In this document: piece after piece, positions 1 through 10,948 of the stretch
How the letters are laid out: every line of letters begins with the position of its first letter
How positions within the stretch are numbered: the first letter of the stretch is position 1
DNA from: Flavobacterium sp.
GTDB lineage: Bacteria; Bacteroidota; Bacteroidia; Flavobacteriales; Flavobacteriaceae
NCBI GenBank assembly: GCA_047622645.1
Contig: JBLHNH010000001.1
Location: 1 to 60,941 of the forward strand
DNA length: 60,941 nt
Direction: 5' to 3'
Notes under the pieces: generated by a model
The model's input: only the letters and a program-made list of their open reading frames with translations
The model's database searches: none
What the model was told of the DNA's origin: nothing
Made by a program: the position numbers and the translations under genes

Positions 1-245
1 AGTTTTTCACACCAAATGGTGATGGTTATAATGACTTTTGGACAATAAATAATTTTAATCCTAATGACTTTGCTAAAGCTTCTATTTTTGATAGATATGG
101 TAAATTATTAAATCAATTTAACCCAAAGAATAGTAGTTGGGATGGAAAACATAATGGTCAAGATGTTTTGTCTACTGACTATTGGTATTTAATTGAATTT
201 ACAAATGGTAAAACTATAAAAGGGCATTTTGCTTTGAAGAGGTAA
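1..245 (+). CDS. Partial CDS (3' end): T9SS type-B sorting (gliding motility-associated) C-terminal domain protein
   Basis: Not in ORF track. Manual translation from nt 3: FFTPNGDGYNDFWTI...SIFDRYGKLL...WDGKHNGQDVLSTDYWYLI...IKGHFALKR*, the type-B CTD signature. Stop TAA at 243-245. Confidence 0.9.
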   Translation, partial: FFTPNGDGYNDFWTINNFNPNDFAKASIFDRYGKLLNQFNPKNSSWDGKHNGQDVLSTDYWYLIEFTNGKTIKGHFALKR

Positions 246-335
246 TTTTATATAAATAACATTTGAGGAAAATCCCAAAAATTAATTTGTCCAATCCATA
301 ACTTTGTTATAACTTTAGGTATCTAATGCAACCCT

Positions 336-2558
336 ATGATTGATATTGATATTGAAGCCGAAAACAAAGCCATTGCGAGAGAATACAAAGAGCTTTTACG
401 CATTAGTTATCAAACCCTTACAGCCGAAGATAAGAAGCTAATTCGCAAAGCGTTTGACGTTGCTGTTGATGCACATAAGGACCAAAGACGAAAATCTGGA
501 GAAGCTTATATCTTCCACCCTATCGCTGTGGCTAAAATTGTGGCTTCAGAAATTGGTTTGGGAGCAACTTCTATTGCCGCAGCACTTATGCACGATGTAG
601 TTGAGGATACAGAAATTACAGTCAAGGAAATTGAGAAAATGTTTAATCCAAAAATCGCACAATTAGTCGAAGGATTAACCAAAATTGCTCAAGTAAAAAC
701 AGAACAAGGAGGTTCTATGCAAGCGGAAAATTTCCGAAAAATGCTCTTAACCCTTAATGAAGATGTACGAGTAATTTTAATCAAAATTGCCGATAGACTG
801 CACAACATGCAAACCATGGAAAGCATGGTTGATTACAAACAAGCCAAAATTGCTTCTGAAACACTATATATTTACGCTCCTCTTGCCCATCGTTTGGGTC
901 TATATAATATTAAAACGCAATTAGAAGATTTAGGATTAAAATATACCGAACCCGAAGTTTTTAATGACATTGTAAGTAAAATAAAAGAAACCAAAGAAGA
1001 ACAAGACGAGTATATTAAAGCTATTTCTGATATTTTAAGCGAATCATTAAACAAAGAAGGTATCGAATTTTCTTTAAAAGGAAGACCAAAGTCGATTTAT
1101 TCTATTCGTAGAAAAATGAAAGCGCAAGGTGTGACATTTGATGAAGTTTACGACAAATTTGCACTGCGAATTATTTATAAATCTGATGCTCAAGAAGAAA
1201 AATTTCTAGCTTGGAAAATATATTCAATTGTAACGGATCATTACCGACCAAGCCCAAGTCGTTTACGTGACTGGATTTCATCTCCAAAATCTAGTGGTTA
1301 TGAAGCCTTACATATTACAGTAATGGGGCCAAAAGGACGTTGGGTAGAAATTCAAGTTCGTAGTGAACGTATGAATGAAATTGCCGAAAAAGGCTATGCA
1401 GCTCATCATAAATACAAAGGTATTGCTTCAGAAGAACATGGTTTAGAAATTTGGTTAAACCAACTTAAAGAAGCTATTGAAAATCATTCTTCAAACAATG
1501 CAGTTGATTTTGTTGAAGAGTTTAAACTGAACTTGTATGCCAAAGAAATCTATATTTTTACACCAAAAGGTGATATAAAATCCTTGCCAAAAGGAGCAAC
1601 TTCATTAGATTTTGCTTTTAGCATTCACTCCGAAATTGGTTGTAAAACAAGAGGAACACGTGTAAATGGAAAATTAGTACCCTTAAATCATGTGCTAAAC
1701 AGTGGTGATCAAGTTGAAATCATAACTTCTGAAAATCAAAAACCAACTTCTCAATGGATAGATTATGTTACAACTTCGAGAGCAAAAAATAAAATTAGAA
1801 ACGTTTTAAATGAAAGCACCAAAAAAATTGCAGAAGACGGAAAAGAAATTCTAACTCGAAAATTGCGTCATTTAAAAATCACATTAAATGAAACTACGGT
1901 TAATGAAATGGTTAACTATTTCAAATTACATACAAGTTTAGATTTATTTTATAAAATAGGTTCAGGTTCAATTGATAACCAAAAACTAAAAGATTTTGCT
2001 TCACAGAAAAACAATACACTTGTTAATTTTTTTAAGAAAACAATTACACGAACACCAACTGCTAAACCAGAAAAAATTAAAGAAAATGAGCTAAATAAAA
2101 AATATGATATGCTTGTTTTTGGTTTAGAACAAGATAAGTTAGAGTATAAACTTTCTGCATGTTGCAACCCTATTCCTGGAGATGCAGTTTTTGGATTTAT
2201 AACTATTAATGAAGGTATAAAAGTACATAAAAAAGATTGCCCAAACGCTATAAGCATGCAATCTAATTATGCCTATAGAATTATGCAAGCCAAATGGATA
2301 GATTCTAGTCAAGAAGAATTTAGAGCAATGCTTAACATTACTGGAATGGACACTATGGGACTTACAAATGCATTGACAAAAGTAATTTCAAACCAAATGC
2401 ACGTCAACATTCAAAATATTTCATTAAGCAGTGATGCCGGAATTTTTACTGGTAAAATAACCGTAGTAGTAGCAAATAACACCATTCTAAAAAAACTAAT
2501 TGAAAACATCAAAAAAGTAGATGGAATTGATAAAATTACTAGGATATATAAGAATTAA
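336..2558 (+). CDS. rel: Long RelA/SpoT homolog, bifunctional (p)ppGpp synthetase/hydrolase
   Basis: RKSGEAYIFHP and HDVVEDT hydrolase motifs, RPKS and EIQVR synthetase motifs, TGS (FTPKG), CCNPIPGD Zn region, C-terminal ACT-like domain. Confidence 0.95.
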   Translation: MIDIDIEAENKAIAREYKELLRISYQTLTAEDKKLIRKAFDVAVDAHKDQRRKSGEAYIFHPIAVAKIVASEIGLGATSIAAALMHDVVEDTEITVKEIEKMFNPKIAQLVEGLTKIAQVKTEQGGSMQAENFRKMLLTLNEDVRVILIKIADRLHNMQTMESMVDYKQAKIASETLYIYAPLAHRLGLYNIKTQLEDLGLKYTEPEVFNDIVSKIKETKEEQDEYIKAISDILSESLNKEGIEFSLKGRPKSIYSIRRKMKAQGVTFDEVYDKFALRIIYKSDAQEEKFLAWKIYSIVTDHYRPSPSRLRDWISSPKSSGYEALHITVMGPKGRWVEIQVRSERMNEIAEKGYAAHHKYKGIASEEHGLEIWLNQLKEAIENHSSNNAVDFVEEFKLNLYAKEIYIFTPKGDIKSLPKGATSLDFAFSIHSEIGCKTRGTRVNGKLVPLNHVLNSGDQVEIITSENQKPTSQWIDYVTTSRAKNKIRNVLNESTKKIAEDGKEILTRKLRHLKITLNETTVNEMVNYFKLHTSLDLFYKIGSGSIDNQKLKDFASQKNNTLVNFFKKTITRTPTAKPEKIKENELNKKYDMLVFGLEQDKLEYKLSACCNPIPGDAVFGFITINEGIKVHKKDCPNAISMQSNYAYRIMQAKWIDSSQEEFRAMLNITGMDTMGLTNALTKVISNQMHVNIQNISLSSDAGIFTGKITVVVANNTILKKLIENIKKVDGIDKITRIYKN

Positions 2559-2623
2559 AATTGCATTGTTAATAAAATTGGAAAACGTATTTCACACAGA
2601 AAACAAAATCAAAAAAATAAAAG

Positions 2624-2631
2624 TATCTTTG
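2624..2631 (+). promoter_or_regulatory. Bacteroidota -7 promoter element (TATCTTTG) for fur-purA
   Basis: Exact TAnnTTTG consensus just upstream of the fur ATG. Confidence 0.6.
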
Positions 2632-2653
2632 CCATTATCTGATGGTTAACCCT

Positions 2654-4404
<1,751 letters not shown>

Positions 4405-4424
4405 TTAGATTTTTAAATAAAATT

Positions 4425-4468
4425 AAACCGTAGTTATCATGTAAATCTGTGATTCTGCGGTTTTTTTT
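4425..4468 (+). terminator. Intrinsic terminator after purA
   Basis: Stem AAACCGTAG/CTGCGGTTT (with G-U pair) followed by a T8 run. Confidence 0.75.
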
Positions 4469-4547
4469 ATACTTATACTTATAAAACTTTCTTAATTGAA
4501 ATCAGCTTTTATACTTTTTAATTAAATTTGACGCAAAATAAATAGCA

Positions 4548-6206
4548 TTGAAAAATTACATATACATATATATACTTTTTATTCTGACAAGCATTTCTCT
4601 TTTTGCACAAAATGAAACGAATAATTCAGGTAAAATTGTTATTGAGTACTCTGATTTTATTGATAAAAATCAAAACGAAACTCCTGGAGCAATTGTCTTT
4701 ACTGGAAATGTCCGAGTACTTCACAATGGTGTAAAAATAAGTTGTAATAAAGCTTATCATTTTACCGAAGAAAATTATGTAAAAGCCTTTGGAAATGTTC
4801 AATTAGTTCAGGGTGATACTATTTTTATGAATAGTCGTTATGCTGAGTATAATGGCGACAAAGAATTTGCTTATGCTACTGGCGATGTAAATATGCGTTC
4901 TCCAGATTCAAACTTGGTTACAGATACTGTTTACTTTGATAGAAAAGCACAAGAAGCCTTTTATAATAGTTATGGTACAATTACTAATAAAGACAATGTC
5001 TTAAAAAGTAAGTCCGGAAGGTATTATTTGAATGAGAAAAAATATTCATTCAAAACTGCTGTTACAGTTGTAAACCCTAGAAGCACAATCAAGACTAATC
5101 ATTTGGATTATTATGACAATTCTGGACATGCTTATGTCTATGGACCATCAACAATCACAAGTAAAACTGATTATATTTATACCGAAAATGGTTTTTATGA
5201 CACTTCAAATGACATTGGAAAACTAAAGAAAAACTCTCATATTCTCTACAACAGCAGACGAATTGAAGGTGATGATATTTTCTATGATCGAAAGAAAAAC
5301 TTTTCCAAATTAATCAACAATGTAAAAATTACTGATACAGTTAATAATTTGGTTGCAAAAGGACACTATGCTGAAGTTTATAGAAATACGCTAACCAAGA
5401 ATGACTCAATGTTCATTACTAAAAAGGCATTGATTATTACTAAAACCGAGAACGATTCTATGTACATGCACGGAAAACGTATTTTAGTAACTGGTCCACC
5501 AGAAAACAGAATTATTAGGGCTTATAATAATGTAAGATTTTTTAATTTAGATATGAGTGGAAAATGTGATTCTCTTCATTCAAGTAATAAAAATGCTTTA
5601 ACTAAAATGATTGGAAAACCAATTTTATGGAGCAACAAAAGCCAAATGACTGGTGACATAATGCACATTATTGGCAATAACAAAACAGAAAAAGTAGATT
5701 CTTTAAAAGTACTAAATAATGCTTTTCTGATTCAAAAAGACACTTTAAGTGAAAATGGCTACAATCAGGTCAAGGGACAAAACTTATATGGAAAATTTAG
5801 AGAAAATAAACTTTATGAAGTAGATATCGTCAAAAATTGTGAAGCTATCTCTTATTTATATAACGAAGAGGATGAATTAGTTGGAATAAACAAAAGTGTT
5901 TGCAGTAGAATAAATTTAGAATTAGTAGAAAATAAAATCGAAACCATAACTTTCTTCACCAAAACAGATGGTTACATTTATCCAGAAGAAGAATTTCCTG
6001 AAAATGCCAGAAGACTTCGAGGTTTTCTCTGGCGTGGTGATGAAGAAATACTATCAAAAGACGATATTTTTCCTCAAGAAGAACTCGATTTGGATGAAAA
6101 AATTCAAAAAGAAACTAAAGCTAAAGAATTAATTGAAGACAAACCAATGAAAATCCTCAAAGAAACTTTAGAATTTGACAAGAATAAGCCGAAGAAGAAA
6201 AAGTAA
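4548..6206 (+). CDS. OstA-like (LptA/LptD N-terminal beta-jellyroll repeat) periplasmic protein
   Basis: Signal peptide; repeated AFGNV/ATGDV/AYNNV beta-strand units; LRGFLWR C-terminal motif. TTG start; TAAATTTG at 4523-4530. Confidence 0.8.
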   Translation: MKNYIYIYILFILTSISLFAQNETNNSGKIVIEYSDFIDKNQNETPGAIVFTGNVRVLHNGVKISCNKAYHFTEENYVKAFGNVQLVQGDTIFMNSRYAEYNGDKEFAYATGDVNMRSPDSNLVTDTVYFDRKAQEAFYNSYGTITNKDNVLKSKSGRYYLNEKKYSFKTAVTVVNPRSTIKTNHLDYYDNSGHAYVYGPSTITSKTDYIYTENGFYDTSNDIGKLKKNSHILYNSRRIEGDDIFYDRKKNFSKLINNVKITDTVNNLVAKGHYAEVYRNTLTKNDSMFITKKALIITKTENDSMYMHGKRILVTGPPENRIIRAYNNVRFFNLDMSGKCDSLHSSNKNALTKMIGKPILWSNKSQMTGDIMHIIGNNKTEKVDSLKVLNNAFLIQKDTLSENGYNQVKGQNLYGKFRENKLYEVDIVKNCEAISYLYNEEDELVGINKSVCSRINLELVENKIETITFFTKTDGYIYPEEEFPENARRLRGFLWRGDEEILSKDDIFPQEELDLDEKIQKETKAKELIEDKPMKILKETLEFDKNKPKKKK

Positions 6207-6271
6207 TCAGACATCAGTTAGCAGAATTTAGATTGCAGAACACCTTTTACCCATAACCTATTACCTTTTAC
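6201..6271 (+). repeat. Two-armed degenerate heptamer array
   Basis: AAGTAAT CAGACAT CAGTTAG CAGAATT TAGATTG CAGAA, then CACCTTT TACCCAT AACCTAT TACCTTT TAC; period 7 in both arms. Confidence 0.7.
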
Positions 6272-6277
6272 AAAAAA

Positions 6278-7462
6278 ATGTTAACCGATTTTTTCAAATA
6301 CCAAGCACAAACTACACCTCACCCATTAGCTATGGAAATTTCTCATGCTTTTGGTTCTTATATTTATGATACAAAAGGAACTAAATTTCTAGATTTTGTA
6401 GCTGGCGTTTCGGCCAATACACTTGGACATCAAAACAAAAGAGTTAATGATGCTATAAAAAATCAATTGGATAAATATTCACACGTCATGGTTTATGGTG
6501 AATATGCACAATCTCCTGCTGTTGAATTGTGTAAACTATTAGCAGAAAATCTTCCTTATCCATTAACTAAAACCTATTTAGTAAACTCTGGAACAGAAGC
6601 TATTGAAGGTGCCTTAAAATTGGCTAGAAGAGTTACAGGACGAAGTCAATTAATCTCTTGTCACAACGCTTATCACGGAAATACTATGGGAAGTTTAAGT
6701 GTAATGGGTTTTGAAGAACGTAAACAAGTTTTCAGACCTTTAATTCCAGATGTAGATTTTATTACATTTAATAATGAAGCCGATTTAGAAAAGATAACCA
6801 CAAAAACTGCCGGAATTCTTCTAGAAACCATTCAAGGTGGTGCTGGATTTATTCAACCTCATAATGATTTTCTTAAAAAAGTCCGACAACGTTGTGATGA
6901 AGTTGGTGCAATAATGATTTTGGACGAAATACAACCTGGTTTTGGTCGTACAGGAAAATTATTTGGATTTCAAAACTATGATGTTATTCCAGATGTAGTT
7001 GTAATGGGAAAAGGAATGGGAAGCGGAATGCCTGTTGGTGCTTTTACTGCTTCTGAAAAAATGATGGATTTATTAAGTCATAACCCAAAATTGGGACACA
7101 TTACAACGTTTGGTGGTCATCCCATTATTGCTGCAGCTTGTTTAGCAACCTTAAAAGAATTAACCGAAACCGACATAATGCAACAAGCATTAGAAAAAGA
7201 ACAATTAATCCGAAAATTACTAGTTCACCCTTTAATTAACGAAATTCGTGGAAAAGGCTTAATGTTAGCTGCCATGACAAAAAGTCCTGAAATAACAGAC
7301 AAAGTTGTACTTCGCTGTCAAGACAAAGGCTTAATTTTATTTTGGTTATTGTTTGAAGGTTGTGCTATACGCATCACTCCACCGCTTACGATTTCAAAAG
7401 AGGAAATTGAAGAAGGTTGTGGCATTATTCTTGAAGTTCTTAATGAAATTGACGCTGAATAA
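6278..7462 (+). CDS. Class III PLP aminotransferase (acetylornithine aminotransferase-like)
   Basis: NSGTEAIEGALKLAR, AYHGNT, DEIQPGFGRTG, PDVVVMGKGMG (PLP Lys), TTFGG. Confidence 0.88.
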   Translation: MLTDFFKYQAQTTPHPLAMEISHAFGSYIYDTKGTKFLDFVAGVSANTLGHQNKRVNDAIKNQLDKYSHVMVYGEYAQSPAVELCKLLAENLPYPLTKTYLVNSGTEAIEGALKLARRVTGRSQLISCHNAYHGNTMGSLSVMGFEERKQVFRPLIPDVDFITFNNEADLEKITTKTAGILLETIQGGAGFIQPHNDFLKKVRQRCDEVGAIMILDEIQPGFGRTGKLFGFQNYDVIPDVVVMGKGMGSGMPVGAFTASEKMMDLLSHNPKLGHITTFGGHPIIAAACLATLKELTETDIMQQALEKEQLIRKLLVHPLINEIRGKGLMLAAMTKSPEITDKVVLRCQDKGLILFWLLFEGCAIRITPPLTISKEEIEEGCGIILEVLNEIDAE

Positions 7463-7631
7463 AAGACAACTATTGGAAAACCAAAAAAAGAAAAACCTTT
7501 ACTGCTTAGTTTTTAGCGCCTTAACTATTCAAATTGTTAATTAAATTGTTTAAAACAATAAAAGCTAAAAATTAGATTAGCCTTTAATTTAGTTACTTTT
7601 AAAGTAGGATAAATTTTCAAAACCAAAAGCT

Positions 7632-9029
7632 ATGAATTTGAGTCACGAAGAAGAAAACAACCAAGGCTTATCCTTATCTAAATTTGAATCAATGCTTAAA
7701 ACTAACAAGGTTTTATTTTTTGATTCTGAAGAGTTTGAAGAAATTATTCTTCACTACATGGATACAGGAAGGCTAAATCTTGCCAAAAAAGCACTAAAAC
7801 TTGCCTTAGAACAGCATCCAAAATCTACTGGATTGAAGTTAGTACAAGTAGAAATACTAATTTTTGATGATAAAATAGAACTAGCAGATAGATTATTGAA
7901 TGAATTATATGCTATTGAACCTACAAACGAGGAAATTTATATCCAAAAAGCGAATATTTTTTCCAAAAAAGACGAGCACGAAAAAGCTATTGAATCTTTA
8001 AAAACTGCTCTAAAATATACTGATGATTTTGCAGATGTATATTCTATGATAGGAATGGAATATCTTTTTATGGATAATTTAGAATTAGCCAAAGAAAACT
8101 TCATCAAATGTTTAAATGAAGATACTGAAGATTATTCATCACTTTATAATGTAGTTTATTGCTTTGATTTCTTAGATCAAAACCAAGAAGCTGTTTTATA
8201 TTTAGATCAATTTATAAACAGAAATCCATACAGCGAAGTAGCTTGGCATCAATTAGGACGTCAATATTATGCTTTAAAAAACTTTGACAAAGCAGTTTGG
8301 GCTTTTGAATATGCAACATTAATTGACGATACATTTTTAGGTGCTTATTTAGAAAAAGCAAAAGCTCTTGAAAAATTAAAAAAATATCAAGAAGCTATTG
8401 ATTGCTACAAAATAACAATGGAATTAGATGATATTACTTCATTTGCACTTCTACGTGTAGCTAAATGTTATGAAAAATTAGGTAACAACAAACAAGCATT
8501 AAAATTTTATTCAAAAACCGTACATGAAGATCCTTTACTAGATAAAGCTTGGATTGCTATTACAGACTTTTACATTAGACAATTTGACTATAAAAAAGCT
8601 TTGTATTATGTAAATAAAGCCATCGGTATTGAAGGCGATAACAAGTTGTACTGGAAACGATTTGCATCAATAAACAGGGCTTTAAAGTCGTATGAAGAAG
8701 CTGAATATGGCTATAGAAGAGCTTTTGAATTAGGTGATACTGATTTAGACACCTATATATTTTGGGCAGATTCTTTACAATATGTTGGTGATTATCAAAT
8801 TGCCATTGAGTCACTATTACAAGGTGTAGAAAATTATCCAGACAATTATGAGATAGAATACCGTTTAGCTGGTTTATATTACATTCTAAATCAAACTAGA
8901 AAAGGTAAATTTCATTTAGTAAATGCTTTGCAAAATAATTACAAAAATCACAGTATTTTAGAAAACAATTTTCCTACAATTTGGAATAAAAAATCAATTC
9001 AAAATCAAATTAGTAACTTTAAAAATTAG
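7632..9029 (+). CDS. Tetratricopeptide repeat protein
   Basis: Multiple TPR-like units (AWHQLG, AYLEKAKALEKL, AIDCY); N-terminal FFDSEEFEEII motif seen in Bacteroidota homologs. Confidence 0.85.
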   Translation: MNLSHEEENNQGLSLSKFESMLKTNKVLFFDSEEFEEIILHYMDTGRLNLAKKALKLALEQHPKSTGLKLVQVEILIFDDKIELADRLLNELYAIEPTNEEIYIQKANIFSKKDEHEKAIESLKTALKYTDDFADVYSMIGMEYLFMDNLELAKENFIKCLNEDTEDYSSLYNVVYCFDFLDQNQEAVLYLDQFINRNPYSEVAWHQLGRQYYALKNFDKAVWAFEYATLIDDTFLGAYLEKAKALEKLKKYQEAIDCYKITMELDDITSFALLRVAKCYEKLGNNKQALKFYSKTVHEDPLLDKAWIAITDFYIRQFDYKKALYYVNKAIGIEGDNKLYWKRFASINRALKSYEEAEYGYRRAFELGDTDLDTYIFWADSLQYVGDYQIAIESLLQGVENYPDNYEIEYRLAGLYYILNQTRKGKFHLVNALQNNYKNHSILENNFPTIWNKKSIQNQISNFKN

Positions 9030-9070
9030 TTAACAACTTTGATTTTATATTTTATCACTTATTTCATTCT

Positions 9071-10039
9071 ATGAGAAAAATTTTTCCCGATTACTTAATT
9101 ATCACCCTAAAAGGAATTGCAATGGGCGCAGCAGATGTTGTTCCTGGAGTCTCTGGTGGAACAATTGCATTTATATCAGGTATATATCAAGAGTTAATTG
9201 ATAGCATAAACGGAATTAATCTATCACTTTTAAAAACACTGAAAAAAGAGGGATTAAAAGCAACTTGGAAGCAAGCCAATGCATCTTTTTTATTTTCTCT
9301 AATTATCGGAATCGGTATAAGTGTACTAACTTTTTCTAAAATAATAACACATTTATTAACTTCTGAACCAATCATGGTTTGGTCCTTTTTCTTCGGGTTA
9401 ATTATTGCTAGTATTTTACTTATTTGGAAACAAATAACCAAATGGGAAATAGTTTCAATTGTTGCTTTAATTCTTGGTGTTATTCTGACATATTACATTA
9501 CAATTGCAAGACCAGTTAGCAGTCCCGATAGTTATCCATATCTTTTTTTATCAGGATTTATTGCTATAATTGCTATGATTTTACCCGGAATTTCTGGTGC
9601 TTTTATATTGTTATTGATGGGTTCTTATGAAACTGTAATTGGAACAATAAATCAATTTAGAGAAGGCATAACTCAAATGAACATGCAATTACTTTCAACT
9701 GCAATGATGAAACTTGGAGTATTTGCAATGGGTGCAATCATCGGTTTAAAATCTTTTTCAAAAATACTCCATTGGATGTTTGAACGGCATAAAAACACTA
9801 CATTAGCTTTACTAATTGGATTTATGATTGGCTCTTTAAACAAAGTATGGCCGTGGAAAGAAGTTTTAGAAACTCGCACAAATAGCCACGGAGAAACAGT
9901 TCCTTTTTTAGAAAAAAGTATTTTACCTCAAGATTTTAATGGCGATGCCCAGGTTTTAACCTCAATACTTTTAGCTTTTTTTGGGTTTCTTTTAATTTAC
10001 GGAATGGAAAAAATTGCTACTCGAATAGCTAAAAATTAA
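9071..10039 (+). CDS. DUF368 membrane protein (undecaprenyl-phosphate translocase family)
   Basis: Duplicated KGIAMGAADVVPGVSGGT / AMILPGISGA motifs; polytopic membrane protein. Confidence 0.9.
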   Translation: MRKIFPDYLIITLKGIAMGAADVVPGVSGGTIAFISGIYQELIDSINGINLSLLKTLKKEGLKATWKQANASFLFSLIIGIGISVLTFSKIITHLLTSEPIMVWSFFFGLIIASILLIWKQITKWEIVSIVALILGVILTYYITIARPVSSPDSYPYLFLSGFIAIIAMILPGISGAFILLLMGSYETVIGTINQFREGITQMNMQLLSTAMMKLGVFAMGAIIGLKSFSKILHWMFERHKNTTLALLIGFMIGSLNKVWPWKEVLETRTNSHGETVPFLEKSILPQDFNGDAQVLTSILLAFFGFLLIYGMEKIATRIAKN

Positions 10040-10049
10040 TGATTTTAAG

Positions 10050-10805
10050 ATGACAAAGAAAGTAAAAAAACAGAAAAAATATGGTTTGATAGGCAAAGAC
10101 ATAAGTTATTCTTTTTCTAAAAAACACTTTACTGAAAAATTTGCAGCCTATCATTTTGATAACTGTGAATATTTGAATTTTGACATACCTTCTGTCAAAG
10201 AATTTCCTGAAATTATTTCAAAAACTAAAGGATTAAGAGGCTTAAATGTGACAATTCCTTACAAAGAAGAGATTATTCCTTATTTAGATTCTTTATCTAA
10301 AAATGCTAAAAAAATTGGTTCAGTTAATACAATAGTTATCAATAAAAAAAAAGAACTAGTTGGCTATAACACAGATTTTTATGGTTTTAAAAAATCGTTA
10401 AAACCATTATTAAAATCACATCACACAAAAGCGTTGATTTTAGGAACCGGTGGAGCAAGTAAAGGAGTTGCATTTGCTTTAAAAAAATTAAATATTGAAT
10501 ATGATTTTGTTTCAAGAAATCCAGATGAATTTCAAATTTCTTATGATGAAATTGATGCTGCTTTATTTGAAGAATACTCTATCGTCATAAACACAACTCC
10601 AGTTGGAACATTTCCTAATATTGAAGATTGTCCAATAATTGACTACAACTTACTAACAGAGAAACACATCGTTTTTGATTTGGTTTATAATCCAGAAGAA
10701 TCAATGTTCTTAAAAAAGGCAAAAGAACAAGGTGCAATAACAAAAAACGGATATGAAATGTTAGTGTTTCAAGCTGAAAAAGCATGGAAAATTTGGAATA
10801 AATAA
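10050..10805 (+). CDS. aroE: Shikimate dehydrogenase
   Basis: GLNVTIPYK, GSVNT, GYNTD, GTGGAS, NTTPVG, DLVYNP motifs. Confidence 0.93.
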   Translation: MTKKVKKQKKYGLIGKDISYSFSKKHFTEKFAAYHFDNCEYLNFDIPSVKEFPEIISKTKGLRGLNVTIPYKEEIIPYLDSLSKNAKKIGSVNTIVINKKKELVGYNTDFYGFKKSLKPLLKSHHTKALILGTGGASKGVAFALKKLNIEYDFVSRNPDEFQISYDEIDAALFEEYSIVINTTPVGTFPNIEDCPIIDYNLLTEKHIVFDLVYNPEESMFLKKAKEQGAITKNGYEMLVFQAEKAWKIWNK

Positions 10806-10948
10806 TAATTTTATTTCTATTTAAAAATCAAAAAATAACCCCGAAACTTTTGGCCTTTAATCTTTAATGTTCAATCTTTAGCTTTTTCTTTTGAAAATTC
10901 CTTGTGAGTTAGTATCTTCGAAGCATAATAGTAACTTATACATGAATC

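Noticed and set aside
7353-7544. 63-aa ORF spanning the aminotransferase end
   Set aside because: Overlaps the upstream gene out of frame, has a TTG start and no motif, and runs into a probable promoter region.
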